Shown here: positions 14,401 to 29,400 of the stretch, piece by piece | How the letters are laid out: each line of letters opens with the position of its first letter | How positions within the stretch are numbered: the stretch's first letter is position 1 | Assembly: GCF_006345805.1 (NCBI RefSeq) | Contig: NC_042998.1 | Coordinates: forward strand, 61,318,001-61,382,000 | DNA from: Octopus sinensis | Lineage: Eukaryota | Length of the DNA: 64,000 nucleotides | Direction of reading: 5' to 3' | Translations under genes and position numbers: made by a program | The notes under the pieces: model-generated | What the model was told of the DNA's origin: nothing | The model's input: the letters and a program-made list of their open reading frames with translations, nothing else | Databases searched by the model: none

Positions 14401-17400
14401 GACTTGAAACTTACACCTGTGTAGCAGGGTCTGACTTACAGAAACTGTCGTGTGATGTTATTGTTAATATAAGATCAACATCAAAAAGAACATCTAATCT
14501 CATTCATGTTACTACTGTTTTACTACATTTGTCACTGATATTAATTAAGACCAACTATTTACAAAAGGTCACAGTAATGCTTCATATAATATATCTAAAT
14601 AGTATCATAAATATACAGAAATATTTAACATTTTATTTTAGGACACAATAACATCTGAACCTTATTGGACTATAGGAGTCAATAATGTCAGTTTGTTGAG
14701 AAGTGGTTGTGTGCACAAGAAAAACAGTAGAATTACTTACACAGATGGTAATAAAGTTTAAATCTGTTGGATGAGAGTAGATGATGCTGTTATAAAATCA
14801 GGTTAAATTTCAGACGTACAAATGTAAATCAATAAATGAATAATATCTGATTCATTACATGATTCATGTTAACAGTTTGTATATGTAATACAAAAAAAAT
14901 ACTGTCTGACATTGCAATACTAGATATCTATATAAATTGTATATATTCTGAGTAAAAAATAAGTGACTTTCATTACAGTGAATATGATTATGTCTCAGCA
15001 CAGATCTATATTGTAGAAGTTCCATCATCATCGTTATCATCATCATGATTGTTGTCGTCAATTAATATCTGCTTTCCATGCTGACATGTATTGGACGGTC
15101 TGACTGAGAGCTGGCAAGCCAGAAGTTTGCACCAGTCTCCAAACTGATCTGACATGTGTGCATATATATGTAAACATACATATACATACATACATATATA
15201 TGCATATATATACAGACATATACATACACAAATATATCACAGTGAAAGTATTAACTCACATTACAATGGCGATTCTATTGTTTCACTTTTGACAAGTAAT
15301 ACTGAAATAGTGTAAGAGATAAGAGATTGCTCTTAGAACACATTAGCCAAGAAGTTGAAAATTTGTTTGGCCCATGACACTGCATGGACCTGAAGTGAGG
15401 CATGTGTGAAATTTGTATGAAATCAGCTGGGTAGTTCTCGAGTTTTAGTGATGCACACATACATACAGACACACATTTACATGCACACATACATGCATTC
15501 TCAGTAATATATATATATATATATCTTTATATAGACTATAAAACATATTCTAACCTGAGATATTCTGGGAAGATAATCCAGCGAGAAATAATATAGCATA
15601 TCACATATTAGACTACCGTAAAAATCTGACAACCTCATAAGATGATCAATCAAGAAGAACTTCTAGAGAACGATTTTATAAACAAAGGAAATTATCTTTA
15701 ACAATTTTCACCACTTAAAAATATTTCCAGTTCAGATTTGTTATTTAATCTCCTACATTAGAAAGCTGAGAATGATGTTCTTATAAGTACTTTTGACTTT
15801 AATTATCAGTTTCCCAAGATGTTAATAACATCATTAATCATCACTGTTGGCTGGCAACTGACAGTCACTCAGTCTTGTCATTCTCCAACTCTCTTTCAAA
15901 TCACCATTATTATCCTCGTTTTCTCACAACTTTCACTCCCTGCATCCTCATTATTCTTCTGTCATCACTTCTCAATGTGTCACCTTGAATGAAAGAACAT
16001 ATCATAAGAGCAGTAAGAACTGTCTAATTTTATGGGACGCAAGAAAAACTGACCAATGCTAGTCCTCAAGGGAAAACTTATAGAAATCAATTTAGTACTT
16101 TAGTTTTATACTCACCGACTGGCGCTTCATTTCCATCCCGCATGTGTGGGTCTGAAATTCATAATTTCAAGTGTTATAATTTATAGTAAAATTTACCTGC
16201 ATACACATTCACACAAAAAGCTATAATTATTAATCTAAACTTTTACCAATTAAAGACATTAACAGCAACACTGACCAAATGATTTCACAGTTAGACTTTC
16301 TAAAGTTTGTTCAGATTTTGTGATTGAGCCTCATACTTTACCAAAGCCAAATTTGATGTTCCAGTAGATAACACTGTCTTTGATAATTGGATTCTTAAGA
16401 TGTTAGTAAATCATTAACCATCTCACAAATAATTGTATCTTAGCTTCATCCATTCGGTCATGTCATTCTCCACCTCTCTTTCAAGTCATTGTTCTTATCA
16501 TCCTTTTCTTGTAACTTTCACTCCCTACATCCTCATTATTCTTCCGTTATCACTTAAACTTATCACTTTCTCAACATGTCTTCATGATTGTAAAAACACA
16601 TCAGAGAGCAATGAGAATTGTATCATATTATGAGATGCAAATAACATGACCAGTGCTAGCACTATGAGGAAATGGCCCCAGTACACATTTGAAAGTGATT
16701 GATAAATGAGAGGAGACAGCATAATTTTCTGTGGAACGTTCAATCTAATTGTGGATATTGGATTCTGATGCTGCCCATCAGCTTGTCGGCTCTGGTCAAA
16801 CTGTCTAACCCAGGCCAGCATGGACAGTGGACGTAAAATGATGATGATGATGATGACAATCTTATTAGTGCCTGTGTTACAATAAAACATACCCAAGAGA
16901 CTTTATAAAATGGTTGCTGTTAAGATGGTATCTTGTCATAGAAAATCCAGAGTATTTAAGAGAGATGTGTGGCTACCTCAAGCAGTCAAAGTGGATGTTA
17001 AGTCTGAATAAGAACTGGCTTGGATATTGATGACCCATCTAATCGACGGGAGCATGGAAGCAGATGATGAATGATAATGACATTATCATTTATTTTTTTG
17101 TATTTATTATTTTGCATCTTGCAGCCTGTATATAATCTTTAGGACTTGAAACTTACACCTGTGTAGCAGGGTCTGACTTACAGAAACTGTCGTGTGATGT
17201 TATTGTTAATATAAGATCAACATCAAAAAGAACATCTAATCTCATTCATGTTACTACTGTTTTACTACATTTGTCACTGATATTAATTAAGACCAACTAT
17301 TTACAAAAGGTCACAGTAATGCTTCATATAATATATCTAAATAGTATCATAAATATACAGAAATATTTAACATTTTATTTTAGGACACAATAACATCTGA

Positions 17401-20400
17401 ACCTTATTGGACTATAGGAGTCAATAATGTCAGTTTGTTGAGAAGTGGTTGTGTGCACAAGAAAAACAGTAGAATTACTTACACAGATGGTAATAAAGTT
17501 TAAATCTGTTGGATGAGAGTAGATGATGCTGTTATAAAATCAGGTTAAATTTCAGACGTACAAATGTAAATCAATAAATGAATAATATCTGATTCATTAC
17601 ATGATTCATGTTAACAGTTTGTATATGTAATACAAAAAAAATACTGTCTGACATTGCAATACTAGATATCTATATAAATTGTATATATTCTGAGTAAAAA
17701 ATAAGTGACTTTCATTACAGTGAATATGATTATGTCTCAGCACAGATCTATATTGTAGAAGTTCCATCATCATCGTTATCATCATCATGATTGTTGTCGT
17801 CAATTAATATCTGCTTTCCATGCTGACATGTATTGGACGGTCTGACTGAGAGCTGGCAAGCCAGAAGTTTGCACCAGTCTCCAAACTGATCTGACATGTG
17901 TGCATATATATGTAAACATACATATACATGCATACATATATATGCATATATATACAGACATATACATACACAAATATATCACAGTGAAAGTATTAACTCA
18001 CATTACAATGGCGATTCTATTGTTTCACTTTTGACAAGTAATACTGAAATAGTGTAAGAGATAAGAGATTGCTCTTAGAACACATTAGGCAAGAAGTTGA
18101 AAATTTGTTTGGCCCATGACACTGCATGGACCTGAAGTAAGGCATGTGTGAAATTTGTATGAAATCAGCTGGGTAGTTCTCGAGTTTTAGTGATGCACAC
18201 ATACATACAGACACACATTTACATGCACACATACATGCATTCTCAGTAATATATATATATATATATCTTTATATAGACTATAAAACATATTCTAACCTGA
18301 GATATTCTGGGAAGATAATCCAGCGAGAAATAATATAGCATATCACATATTAGACTACCGTAAAAATCTGACAACCTCATAAGATGATCAATCAAGAAGA
18401 ACTTCTAGAGAACGATTTTATAAACAAAGGAAATTATCTTTAACAATTTTCACCACTTAAAAATATTTCCAGTTCAGATTTGTTATTTAATCTCCTACAT
18501 TAGAAAGCTGAGAATGATGTTCTTATAAGTACTTTTGACTTTAATTATCAGTTTCCCAAGATGTTAATAACATCATTAATCATCACTGTTGGCTGGCAAC
18601 TGACAGTCACTCAGTCTTGTCATTCTCCAACTCTCTTTCAAATCACCATTATTATCCTCGTTTTCTCACAACTTTCACTCCCTGCATCCTCATTATTCTT
18701 CTGTCATCACTTCTCAATGTGTCACCTTGAATGAAAGAACATATCATAAGAGCAGTAAGAACTGTCTAATTTTATGGGACGCAAGAAAAACTGACCAATG
18801 CTAGTCCTCAAGGGAAAACTTATAGAAATCAATTTAGTACTTTAGTTTTATACTCACCGACTGGCGCTTCATTTCCATCCCGCATGTGTGGGTCTGAAAT
18901 TCATAATTTCAAGTGTTATAATTTATAGTAAAATTTACCTGCATACACATTCACACAAAAAGCTATAATTATTAATCTAAACTTTTACCAATTAAAGACA
19001 TTAACAGCAACACTGACCAAATGATTTCACAGTTAGACTTTCTAAAGTTTGTTCAGATTTTGTGATTGAGCCTCATACTTTACCAAAGCCAAATTTGATG
19101 TTCCAGTAGATAACACTGTCTTTGATAATTGGATTCTTAAGATGTTAGTAAATCATTAACCATCTCACAAATAATTGTATCTTAGCTTCATCCATTCGGT
19201 CATGTCATTCTCCACCTCTCTTTCAAGTCATTGTTCTTATCATCCTTTTCTTGTAACTTTCACTCCCTACATCCTCATTATTCTTCCGTTATCACTTAAA
19301 CTTATCACTTTCTCAACATGTCTTCATGATTGTAAAAACACATCAGAGAGCAATGAGAATTGTATCATATTATGAGATGCAAATAACATGACCAGTGCTA
19401 GCACTATGAGGAAATGGCCCCAGTACACATTTGAAAGTGATTGATAAATGAGAGGAGACAGCATAATTTTCTGTGGAACGTTCAATCTAATTGTGGATAT
19501 TGGATTCTGATGCTGCCCATCAGCTTGTCGGCTCTGGTCAAACTGTCTAACCCAGGCCAGCATGGACAGTGGACGTAAAATGATGATGATGATGATGACA
19601 ATCTTATTAGTGCCTGTGTTACAATAAAACATACCCAAGAGACTTTATAAAATGGTTGCTGTTAAGATGGTATCTTGTCATAGAAAATCCAGAGTATTTA
19701 AGAGAGATGTGTGGCTACCTCAAGCAGTCAAAGTGGATGTTAAGTCTGAATAAGAACTGGCTTGGATATTGATGACCCATCTAATCGACGGGAGCATGGA
19801 AGCAGATGATGAATGATAATGACATTATCATTTATTTTTTTGTATTTATTATTTTGCATCTTGCAGCCTGTATATAATCTTTAGGACTTGAAACTTACAC
19901 CTGTGTAGCAGGGTCTGACTTACAGAAACTGTCGTGTGATGTTATTGTTAATATAAGATCAACATCAAAAAGAGCATCTAATCTCATTCATGTTACTACT
20001 GTTTTACTACATTTGTCACTGATATTAATTAAGACCAACTATTTACAAAAGGTCACAGTAATGCTTCATATAATATATCTAAATAGTATCATAAATATAC
20101 AGAAATATTTAACATTTTATTTTAGGACACAATAACATCTGAACCTTATTGGACTATAGGAGTCAATAATGTCAGTTTGTTGAGAAGTGGTTGTGTGCAC
20201 AAGAAAAACAGTAGAATTACTTACACAGATGGTAATAAAGTTTAAATCTGTTGGATGAGAGTAGATGATGCTGTTATAAAATCAGGTTAAATTTCAGACG
20301 TACAAATGTAAATCAATAAATGAATAATATCTGATTCATTACATGATTCATGTTAACAGTTTGTATATGTAATACAAAAAAAATACTGTCTGACATTGCA

Positions 20401-23400
20401 ATACTAGATATCTATATAAATTGTATATATTCTGAGTAAAAAATAAGTGACTTTCATTACAGTGAATATGATTATGTCTCAGCACAGATCTATATTGTAG
20501 AAGTTCCATCATCATCGTTATCATCATCATGATTGTTGTCGTCAATTAATATCTGCTTTCCATGCTGACATGTATTGGACGGTCTGACTGAGAGCTGGCA
20601 AGCCAGAAGTTTGCACCAGTCTCCAAACTGATCTGACATGTGTGCATATATATGTAAACATACATATACATACATACATATATATGCATATATATACAGA
20701 CATATACATACACAAATATATCACAGTGAAAGTATTAACTCACATTACAATGGCGATTCTATTGTTTCACTTTTGACAAGTAATACTGAAATAGTGTAAG
20801 AGATAAGAGATTGCTCTTAGAACACATTAGCAAGAAGTTGAAAATTTGTTTGGCCCATGACACTGCATGGACCTGAAGTAAGGCATGTGTGAAATTTGTA
20901 TGAAATCAGCTGGGTAGTTCTCGAGTTTTAGTGATGCACACATACATACAGACACACATTTACATGCACACATACATGCATTCTCAGTAATATATATATA
21001 TATATATCTTTATATAGACTATAAAACATATTCTAACCTGAGATATTCTGGGAAGATAATCCAGCGAGAAATAATATAGCATATCACATATTAGACTACC
21101 GTAAAAATCTGACAACCTCATAAGATGATCAATCAAGAAGAACTTCTAGAGAACGATTTTATAAACAAAGGAAATTATCTTTAACAATTTTCACCACTTA
21201 AAAATATTTCCAGTTCAGATTTGTTATTTAATCTCCTACATTAGAAAGCTGAGAATGATGTTCTTATAAGTACTTTTGACTTTAATTATCAGTTTCCCAA
21301 GATGTTAATAACATCATTAATCATCACTGTTGGCTGGCAACTGACAGTCACTCAGTCTTGTCATTCTCCAACTCTCTTTCAAATCACCATTATTATCCTC
21401 GTTTTCTCACAACTTTCACTCCCTGCATCCTCATTATTCTTCTGTCATCACTTCTCAATGTGTCACCTTGAATGAAAGAACATATCATAAGAGCAGTAAG
21501 AACTGTCTAATTTTATGGGACGCAAGAAAAACTGACCAATGCTAGTCCTCAAGGGAAAACTTATAGAAATCAATTTAGTACTTTAGTTTTATACACCGAC
21601 TGGCGCTTCATTTCCATCCCGCATGTGTGGGTCTGAAATTCATAATTTCAAGTGTTATAATTTATAGTAAAATTTACCTGCATACACATTCACACAAAAA
21701 GCTATAATTATTAATCTAAACTTTTACCAATTAAAGACATTAACAGCAACACTGACCAAATGATTTCACAGTTAGACTTTCTAAAGTTTGTTCAGATTTT
21801 GTGATTGAGCCTCATACTTTACCAAAGCCAAATTTGATGTTCCAGTAGATAACACTGTCTTTGATAATTGGATTCTTAAGATGTTAGTAAATCATTAACC
21901 ATCTCACAAATAATTGTATCTTAGCTTCATCCATTCGGTCATGTCATTCTCCACCTCTCTTTCAAGTCATGTTCTTATCATCCTTTTCTTGTAACTTTCA
22001 CTCCCTACATCCTCATTATTCTTCCGTTATCACTTAAACTTATCACTTTCTCAACATGTCTTCATGATTGTAAAAACACATCAGAGAGCAATGAGAATTG
22101 TATCATATTATGAGATGCAAATAACATGACCAGTGCTAGCACTATGAGGAAATGGCCCCAGTACACATTTGAAAGTGATTGATAAATGAGAGGAGACAGC
22201 ATAATTTTCTGTGGAACGTTCAATCTAATTGTGGATATTGGATTCTGATGCTGCCCATCAGCTTGTCGGCTCTGGTCAAACTGTCTAACCAGGCCAGCAT
22301 GGACAGTGGACGTAAAATGATGATGATGATGATGACAATCTTATTAGTGCCTGTGTTACAATAAAACATACCCAAGAGACTTTATAAAATGGTTGCTGTT
22401 AAGATGGTATCTTGTCATAGAAAATCCAGAGTATTTAAGAGAGATGTGTGGCTACCTCAAGCAGTCAAAGTGGATGTTAAGTCTGAATAAGAACTGGCTT
22501 GGATATTGATGACCCATCTAATCGACGGGAGCATGGAAGCAGATGATGAATGATAATGACATTATCATTTATTTTTTTGTATTTATTATTTTGCATCTTG
22601 CAGCCTGTATATAATCTTTAGGACTTGAAACTTACACCTGTGTAGCAGGGTCTGACTTACAGAAACTGTCGTGTGATGTATTGTTAATATAAGATCAACA
22701 TCAAAAAGAGCATCTAATCTCATTCATGTTACTACTGTTTTACTACATTTGTCACTGATATTAATTAAGACCAACTATTTACAAAAGGTCACAGTAATGC
22801 TTCATATAATATATCTAAATAGTATCATAAATATACAGAAATATTTAACATTTTATTTAGGACACAATAACATCTGAACCTTATTGGACTATAGGAGTCA
22901 ATAATGTCAGTTTGTTGAGAAGTGGTTGTGTGCACAAGAAAAACAGTAGAATTACTTACACAGATGGTAATAAAGTTTAAATCTGTTGGATGAGAGTAGA
23001 TGATGCTGTTATAAAATCAGGTTAAATTTCAGACGTACAAATGTAAATCAATAAATGAATAATATCTGATTCATTACATGATTCATGTTAACAGTTTGTA
23101 TATGTAATACAAAAAAAATACTGTCTGACATTGCAATACTAGATATCTATATAAATTGTATATATTCTGAGTAAAAAATAAGTGACTTTCATTACAGTGA
23201 ATATGATTATGTCTCAGCACAGATCTATATTGTAGAAGTTCCATCATCATCGTTATCATCATCATGATTGTTGTCGTCAATTAATATCTGCTTTCCATGC
23301 TGACATGTATTGGACGGTCTGACTGAGAGCTGGCAAGCCAGAAGTTTGCACCAGTCTCCAAACTGATCTGACATGTGTGCATATATATGTAAACATACAT

Positions 23401-26400
23401 ATACATGCATACATATATATGCATATATATACAGACATATACATACACAAATATATCACAGTGAAAGTATTAACTCACATTACAATGGCGATTCTATTGT
23501 TTCACTTTTGACAAGTAATACTGAAATAGTGTAAGAGATAAGAGATTGCTCTTAGAACACATTAGGCAAGAAGTTGAAAATTTGTTTGGCCCATGACACT
23601 GCATGGACCTGAAGTAAGGCATGTGTGAAATTTGTATGAAATCAGCTGGGTAGTTCTCGAGTTTTAGTGATGCACACATACATACAGACACACATTTACA
23701 TGCACACATACATGCATTCTCAGTAATATATATATATATATATATCTTTATATAGACTATAAAACATATTCTAACCTGAGATATTCTGGGAAGATAATCC
23801 AGCGAGAAATAATATAGCATATCACATATTAGACTACCGTAAAAATCTGACAACCTCATAAGATGATCAATCAAGAAGAACTTCTAGAGAACGATTTTAT
23901 AAACAAAGGAAATTATCTGTAACAATTTTTACCACATAAAAATATTTCCAGTTGAGATTTGTTATTTAATCTCCTACATTAGAAAGCTGGGAATGATGTT
24001 CTTATAAGTACTTTTGACTTAAATATCAGTTTCTCAAGATGTTAATAACATCATTAATCATCACTGTTGGCTGGCAACTGACAGTCACTCAGTCTTGTCA
24101 TTCTCCAACTCTCTTTCAAATCACCATTATTATCCTCGTTTTCTCACAACTTTCACTCCCTGCATCCTCATTATTCTTCTGTCATCACTTCTCAATGTGT
24201 CACCTTGAATGAAAGAACATATCATAAGAGCAGTAAGAACTGTCTAATTTTATGGGACGCAAGAAAAACTGACCAATGCTAGTCCTCAAGGGAAAACTTA
24301 TAGAAATCAATTTAGTACTTTAGTTTTATACTCACCGACTGGCGCTTCATTTCCATCCCGCATGTGTGGGTCTGAAATTCATAATTTCAAGTGTTATATT
24401 TATAGTAAAATTTACCTGCATACACATTCACACAAAAAGCTATAATTATTAATCTAAACTTTTACCAATTAAAGACATTAACAGCAACACTGACCAAATG
24501 ATTTCACAGTTAGACTTTCTAAAGTTTGTTCAGATTTTGTGATTGAGCCTCATACTTTACCAAAGCCAAATTTGATGTTCCAGTAGATAACACTGTCTTT
24601 GATAATTGGATTCTTAAGATGTTAGTAAATCATTAACCATCTCACAAATAATTGTATCTTAGCTTCATCCATTCGGTCATGTCATTCTCCACCTCTCTTT
24701 CAAGTCATTGTTCTTATCATCCTTTTCTTGTAACTTTCACTCCCTACATCCTCATTATTCTTCCGTTATCACTTAAACTTATCACTTTCTCAACATGTCT
24801 TCATGATTGTAAAAACACATCAGAGAGCAATGAGAATTGTATCATATTATGAGATGCAAATAACATGACCAGTGCTAGCACTATGAGGAAATGGCCCCAG
24901 TACACATTTGAAAGTGATTGATAAATGAGAGGAGACAGCATAATTTTCTGTGGAACGTTCAATCTAATTGTGGATATTGGATTCTGATGCTGCCCATCAG
25001 CTTGTCGGCTCTGGTCAAACTGTCTAACCCAGGCCAGCATGGACAGTGGACGTAAAATGATGATGATGATGATGACAATCTTATTAGTGCCTGTGTTACA
25101 ATAAAACATACCCAAGAGACTTTATAAAATGGTTGCTGTTAAGATGGTATCTTGTCATAGAAAATCCAGAGTATTTAAGAGAGATGTGTGGCTACCTCAA
25201 GCAGTCAAAGTGGATGTTAAGTCTGAATAAGAACTGGCTTGGATATTGATGACCCATCTAATCGACGGGAGCATGGAAGCAGATGATGATGATAATGACA
25301 TTAATCATTTATTTTTTTGTATTTATTATTTATTTTGCATCTTGCAGCCTGTATATAATCTTTAGGACTTGAAACTTACACCTGTGTAGCAGGGTCTGAC
25401 TTACAGAAACTGTCGTGTGATGTTATTGTTAATATAAGATCAACATCAAAAAGAACATCTAATCTCATTCATGTTACTACTGTTTTACTACATTTGTCAC
25501 TGATATTAATTAAGACCAACTATTTACAAAAGGTCACAGTAATGCTTCATATAATATATCTAAATAGTATCATAAATATACAGAAATATTTAACATTTTA
25601 TTTTAGGACACAATAACATCTGAACCTTATTGGACTATAGGAGTCAATAATGTCAGTTTGTTGAGAAGTGGTTGTGTGCACAAGAAAAACAGTAGAATTA
25701 CTTACACAGATGGTAATAAAGTTTAAATCTGTTGGATGAGAGTAGATGATGCTGTTATAAAATCAGGTTAAATTTCAGACGTACAAATGTAAATCAATAA
25801 ATGAATAATATCTGATTCATTACATGATTCATGTTAACAGTTTGTATATGTAATACAAAAAAAATACTGTCTGACATTGCAATACTAGATATCTATATAA
25901 TTGTATATATTCTGAGTAAAAAATAAGTGACTTTCATTACAGTGAATATGATTATGTCTCAGCACAGATCTATATTGTAGAAGTTCCATCATCATCGTTA
26001 TCATCATCATGATTGTTGTCGTCAATTAATATCTGCTTTCCATGCTGACATGTATTGGACGGTCTGACTGAGAGCTGGCAAGCCAGAAGTTTGCACCAGT
26101 CTCCAAACTGATCTGACATGTGTGCATATATATGTAAACATACATATACATACATACATATATATGCATATATATACAGACATATACATACACAAATATA
26201 TCACATTGAAAGTATTAACTCACATTACAATGGCGATTCTATTGTTTCACTTTTGACTAGTAATACTGAAATAGTGTAAGAGATAAGAGATTGCTCTTAG
26301 AACACATTAGGCAAGAAGTTGAAAATTTGTTTGGCCCATGACACTGCATGGACCTGAAGTAAGGCATGTGTGAAATTTGTATGAAATCAGCTGGGTAGTT

Positions 26401-29400
26401 CTCGAGTTTTAGTGATGCACACATACATACAGACACACATTTACATGCACACATACATGCATTCTCAGTAATATATATATATATATATCTTTATATAGAC
26501 TATAAAACATATTCTAACCTGAGATATTCTGGGAAGATAATCCAGCGAGAAATAATATAGCATATCACATATTAGACTACCGTAAAAATCTGACAACCTC
26601 ATAAGATGATCAATCAAGAAGAACTTCTAGAGAACGATTTTATAAACAAAGGAAATTATCTTTAACAATTTTCACCACTTAAAAATATTTCCAGTTCAGA
26701 TTTGTTATTTAATCTCCTACATTAGAAAGCTGAGAATGATGTTCTTATAAGTACTTTTGACTTTAATTATCAGTTTCCCAAGATGTTAATAACATCATTA
26801 ATCATCACTGTTGGCTGGCAACTGACAGTCACTCAGTCTTGTCATTCTCCAACTCTCTTTCAAATCACCATTATTATCCTCGTTTTCTCACAACTTTCAC
26901 TCCCTGCATCCTCATTATTCTTCTGTCATCACTTCTCAATGTGTCACCTTGAATGAAAGAACATATCATAAGAGCAGTAAGAACTGTCTAATTTTATGGG
27001 ACGCAAGAAAAACTGACCAATGCTAGTCCTCAAGGGAAAACTTATAGAAATCAATTTAGTACTTTAGTTTTATACTCACCGACTGGCGCTTCATTTCCAT
27101 CCCGCATGTGTGGGTCTGAAATTCATAATTTCAAGTGTTATAATTTATAGTAAAATTTACCTGCATACACATTCACACAAAAAGCTATAATTATTAATCT
27201 AAACTTTTACCAATTAAAGACATTAACAGCAACACTGACCAAATGATTTCACAGTTAGACTTTCTAAAGTTTGTTCAGATTTTGTGATTGAGCCTCATAC
27301 TTTACCAAAGCCAAATTTGATGTTCCAGTAGATAACACTGTCTTTGATAATTGGATTCTTAAGATGTTAGTAAATCATTAACCATCTCACAAATAATTGT
27401 ATCTTAGCTTCATCCATTCGGTCATGTCATTCTCCACCTCTCTTTCAAGTCATTGTTCTTATCATCCTTTTCTTGTAACTTTCACTCCCTACATCCTCAT
27501 TATTCTTCCGTTATCACTTAAACTTATCACTTTCTCAACATGTCTTCATGATTGTAAAAACACATCAGAGAGCAATGAGAATTGTATCATATTATGAGAT
27601 GCAAATAACATGACCAGTGCTAGCACTATGAGGAAATGGCCCCAGTACACATTTGAAAGTGATTGATAAATGAGAGGAGACAGCATAATTTTCTGTGGAA
27701 CGTTCAATCTAATTGTGGATATTGGATTCTGATGCTGCCCATCAGCTTGTCGGCTCTGGTCAAACTGTCTAACCCAGGCCAGCATGGACAGTGGACGTAA
27801 AATGATGATGATGATGATGACAATCTTATTAGTGCCTGTGTTACAATAAAACATACCCAAGAGACTTTATAAAATGGTTGCTGTTAAGATGGTATCTTGT
27901 CATAGAAAATCCAGAGTATTTAAGAGAGATGTGTGGCTACCTCAAGCAGTCAAAGTGGATGTTAAGTCTGAATAAGAACTGGCTTGGATATTGATGACCC
28001 ATCTAATCGACGGGAGCATGGAAGCAGATGATGAATGATAATGACATTATCATTTATTTTTTTGTATTTATTATTTTGCATCTTGCAGCCTGTATATAAT
28101 CTTTAGGACTTGAAACTTACACCTGTGTAGCAGGGTCTGACTTACAGAAACTGTCGTGTGATGTTATTGTTAATATAAGATCAACATCAAAAAGAACATC
28201 TAATCTCATTCATGTTACTACTGTTTTACTACATTTGTCACTGATATTAATTAAGACCAACTATTTACAAAAGGTCACAGTAATGCTTCATATAATATAT
28301 CTAAATAGTATCATAAATATACAGAAATATTTAACATTTTATTTTAGGACACAATAACATCTGAACCTTATTGGACTATAGGAGTCAATAATGTCAGTTT
28401 GTTGAGAAGTGGTTGTGTGCACAAGAAAAACAGTAGAATTACTTACACAGATGGTAATAAAGTTTAAATCTGTTGGATGAGAGTAGATGATGCTGTTATA
28501 AAATCAGGTTAAATTTCAGACGTACAAATGTAAATCAATAAATGAATAATATCTGATTCATTACATGATTCATGTTAACAGTTTGTATATGTAATACAAA
28601 AAAATACTGTCTGACATTGCAATACTAGATATCTATATAAATTGTATATATTCTGAGTAAAAAATAAGTGACTTTCATTACAGTGAATATGATTATGTCT
28701 CAGCACAGATCTATATTGTAGAAGTTCCATCATCATCGTTATCATCATCATGATTGTTGTCGTCAATTAATATCTGCTTTCCATGCTGACATGTATTGGA
28801 CGGTCTGACTGAGAGCTGGCAAGCCAGAAGTTTGCACCAGTCTCCAAACTGATCTGACATGTGTGCATATATATGTAAACATACATATACATACATACAT
28901 ATATATGCATATATATACAGACATATACATACACAAATATATCACAGTGAAAGTATTAACTCACATTACAATGGCGATTCTATTGTTTCACTTTTGACAA
29001 GTAATACTGAAATAGTGTAAGAGATAAGAGATTGCTCTTAGAACACATTAGCAAGAAGTTGAAAATTTGTTTGGCCCATGACACTGCATGGACCTGAAGT
29101 AAGGCATGTGTGAAATTTGTATGAAATCAGCTGGGTAGTTCTCGAGTTTTAGTGATGCACACATACATACAGACACACATTTACATGCACACATACATGC
29201 ATTCTCAGTAATATATATATATATATATCTTTATATAGACTATAAAACATATTCTAACCTGAGATATTCTGGGAGATAATCCAGCGAGAAATAATATAGC
29301 ATATCACATATTAGACTACCGTAAAAATCTGACAACCTCATAAGATGATCAATCAAGAAGAACTTCTAGAGAACGATTTTATAAACAAAGGAAATTATCT

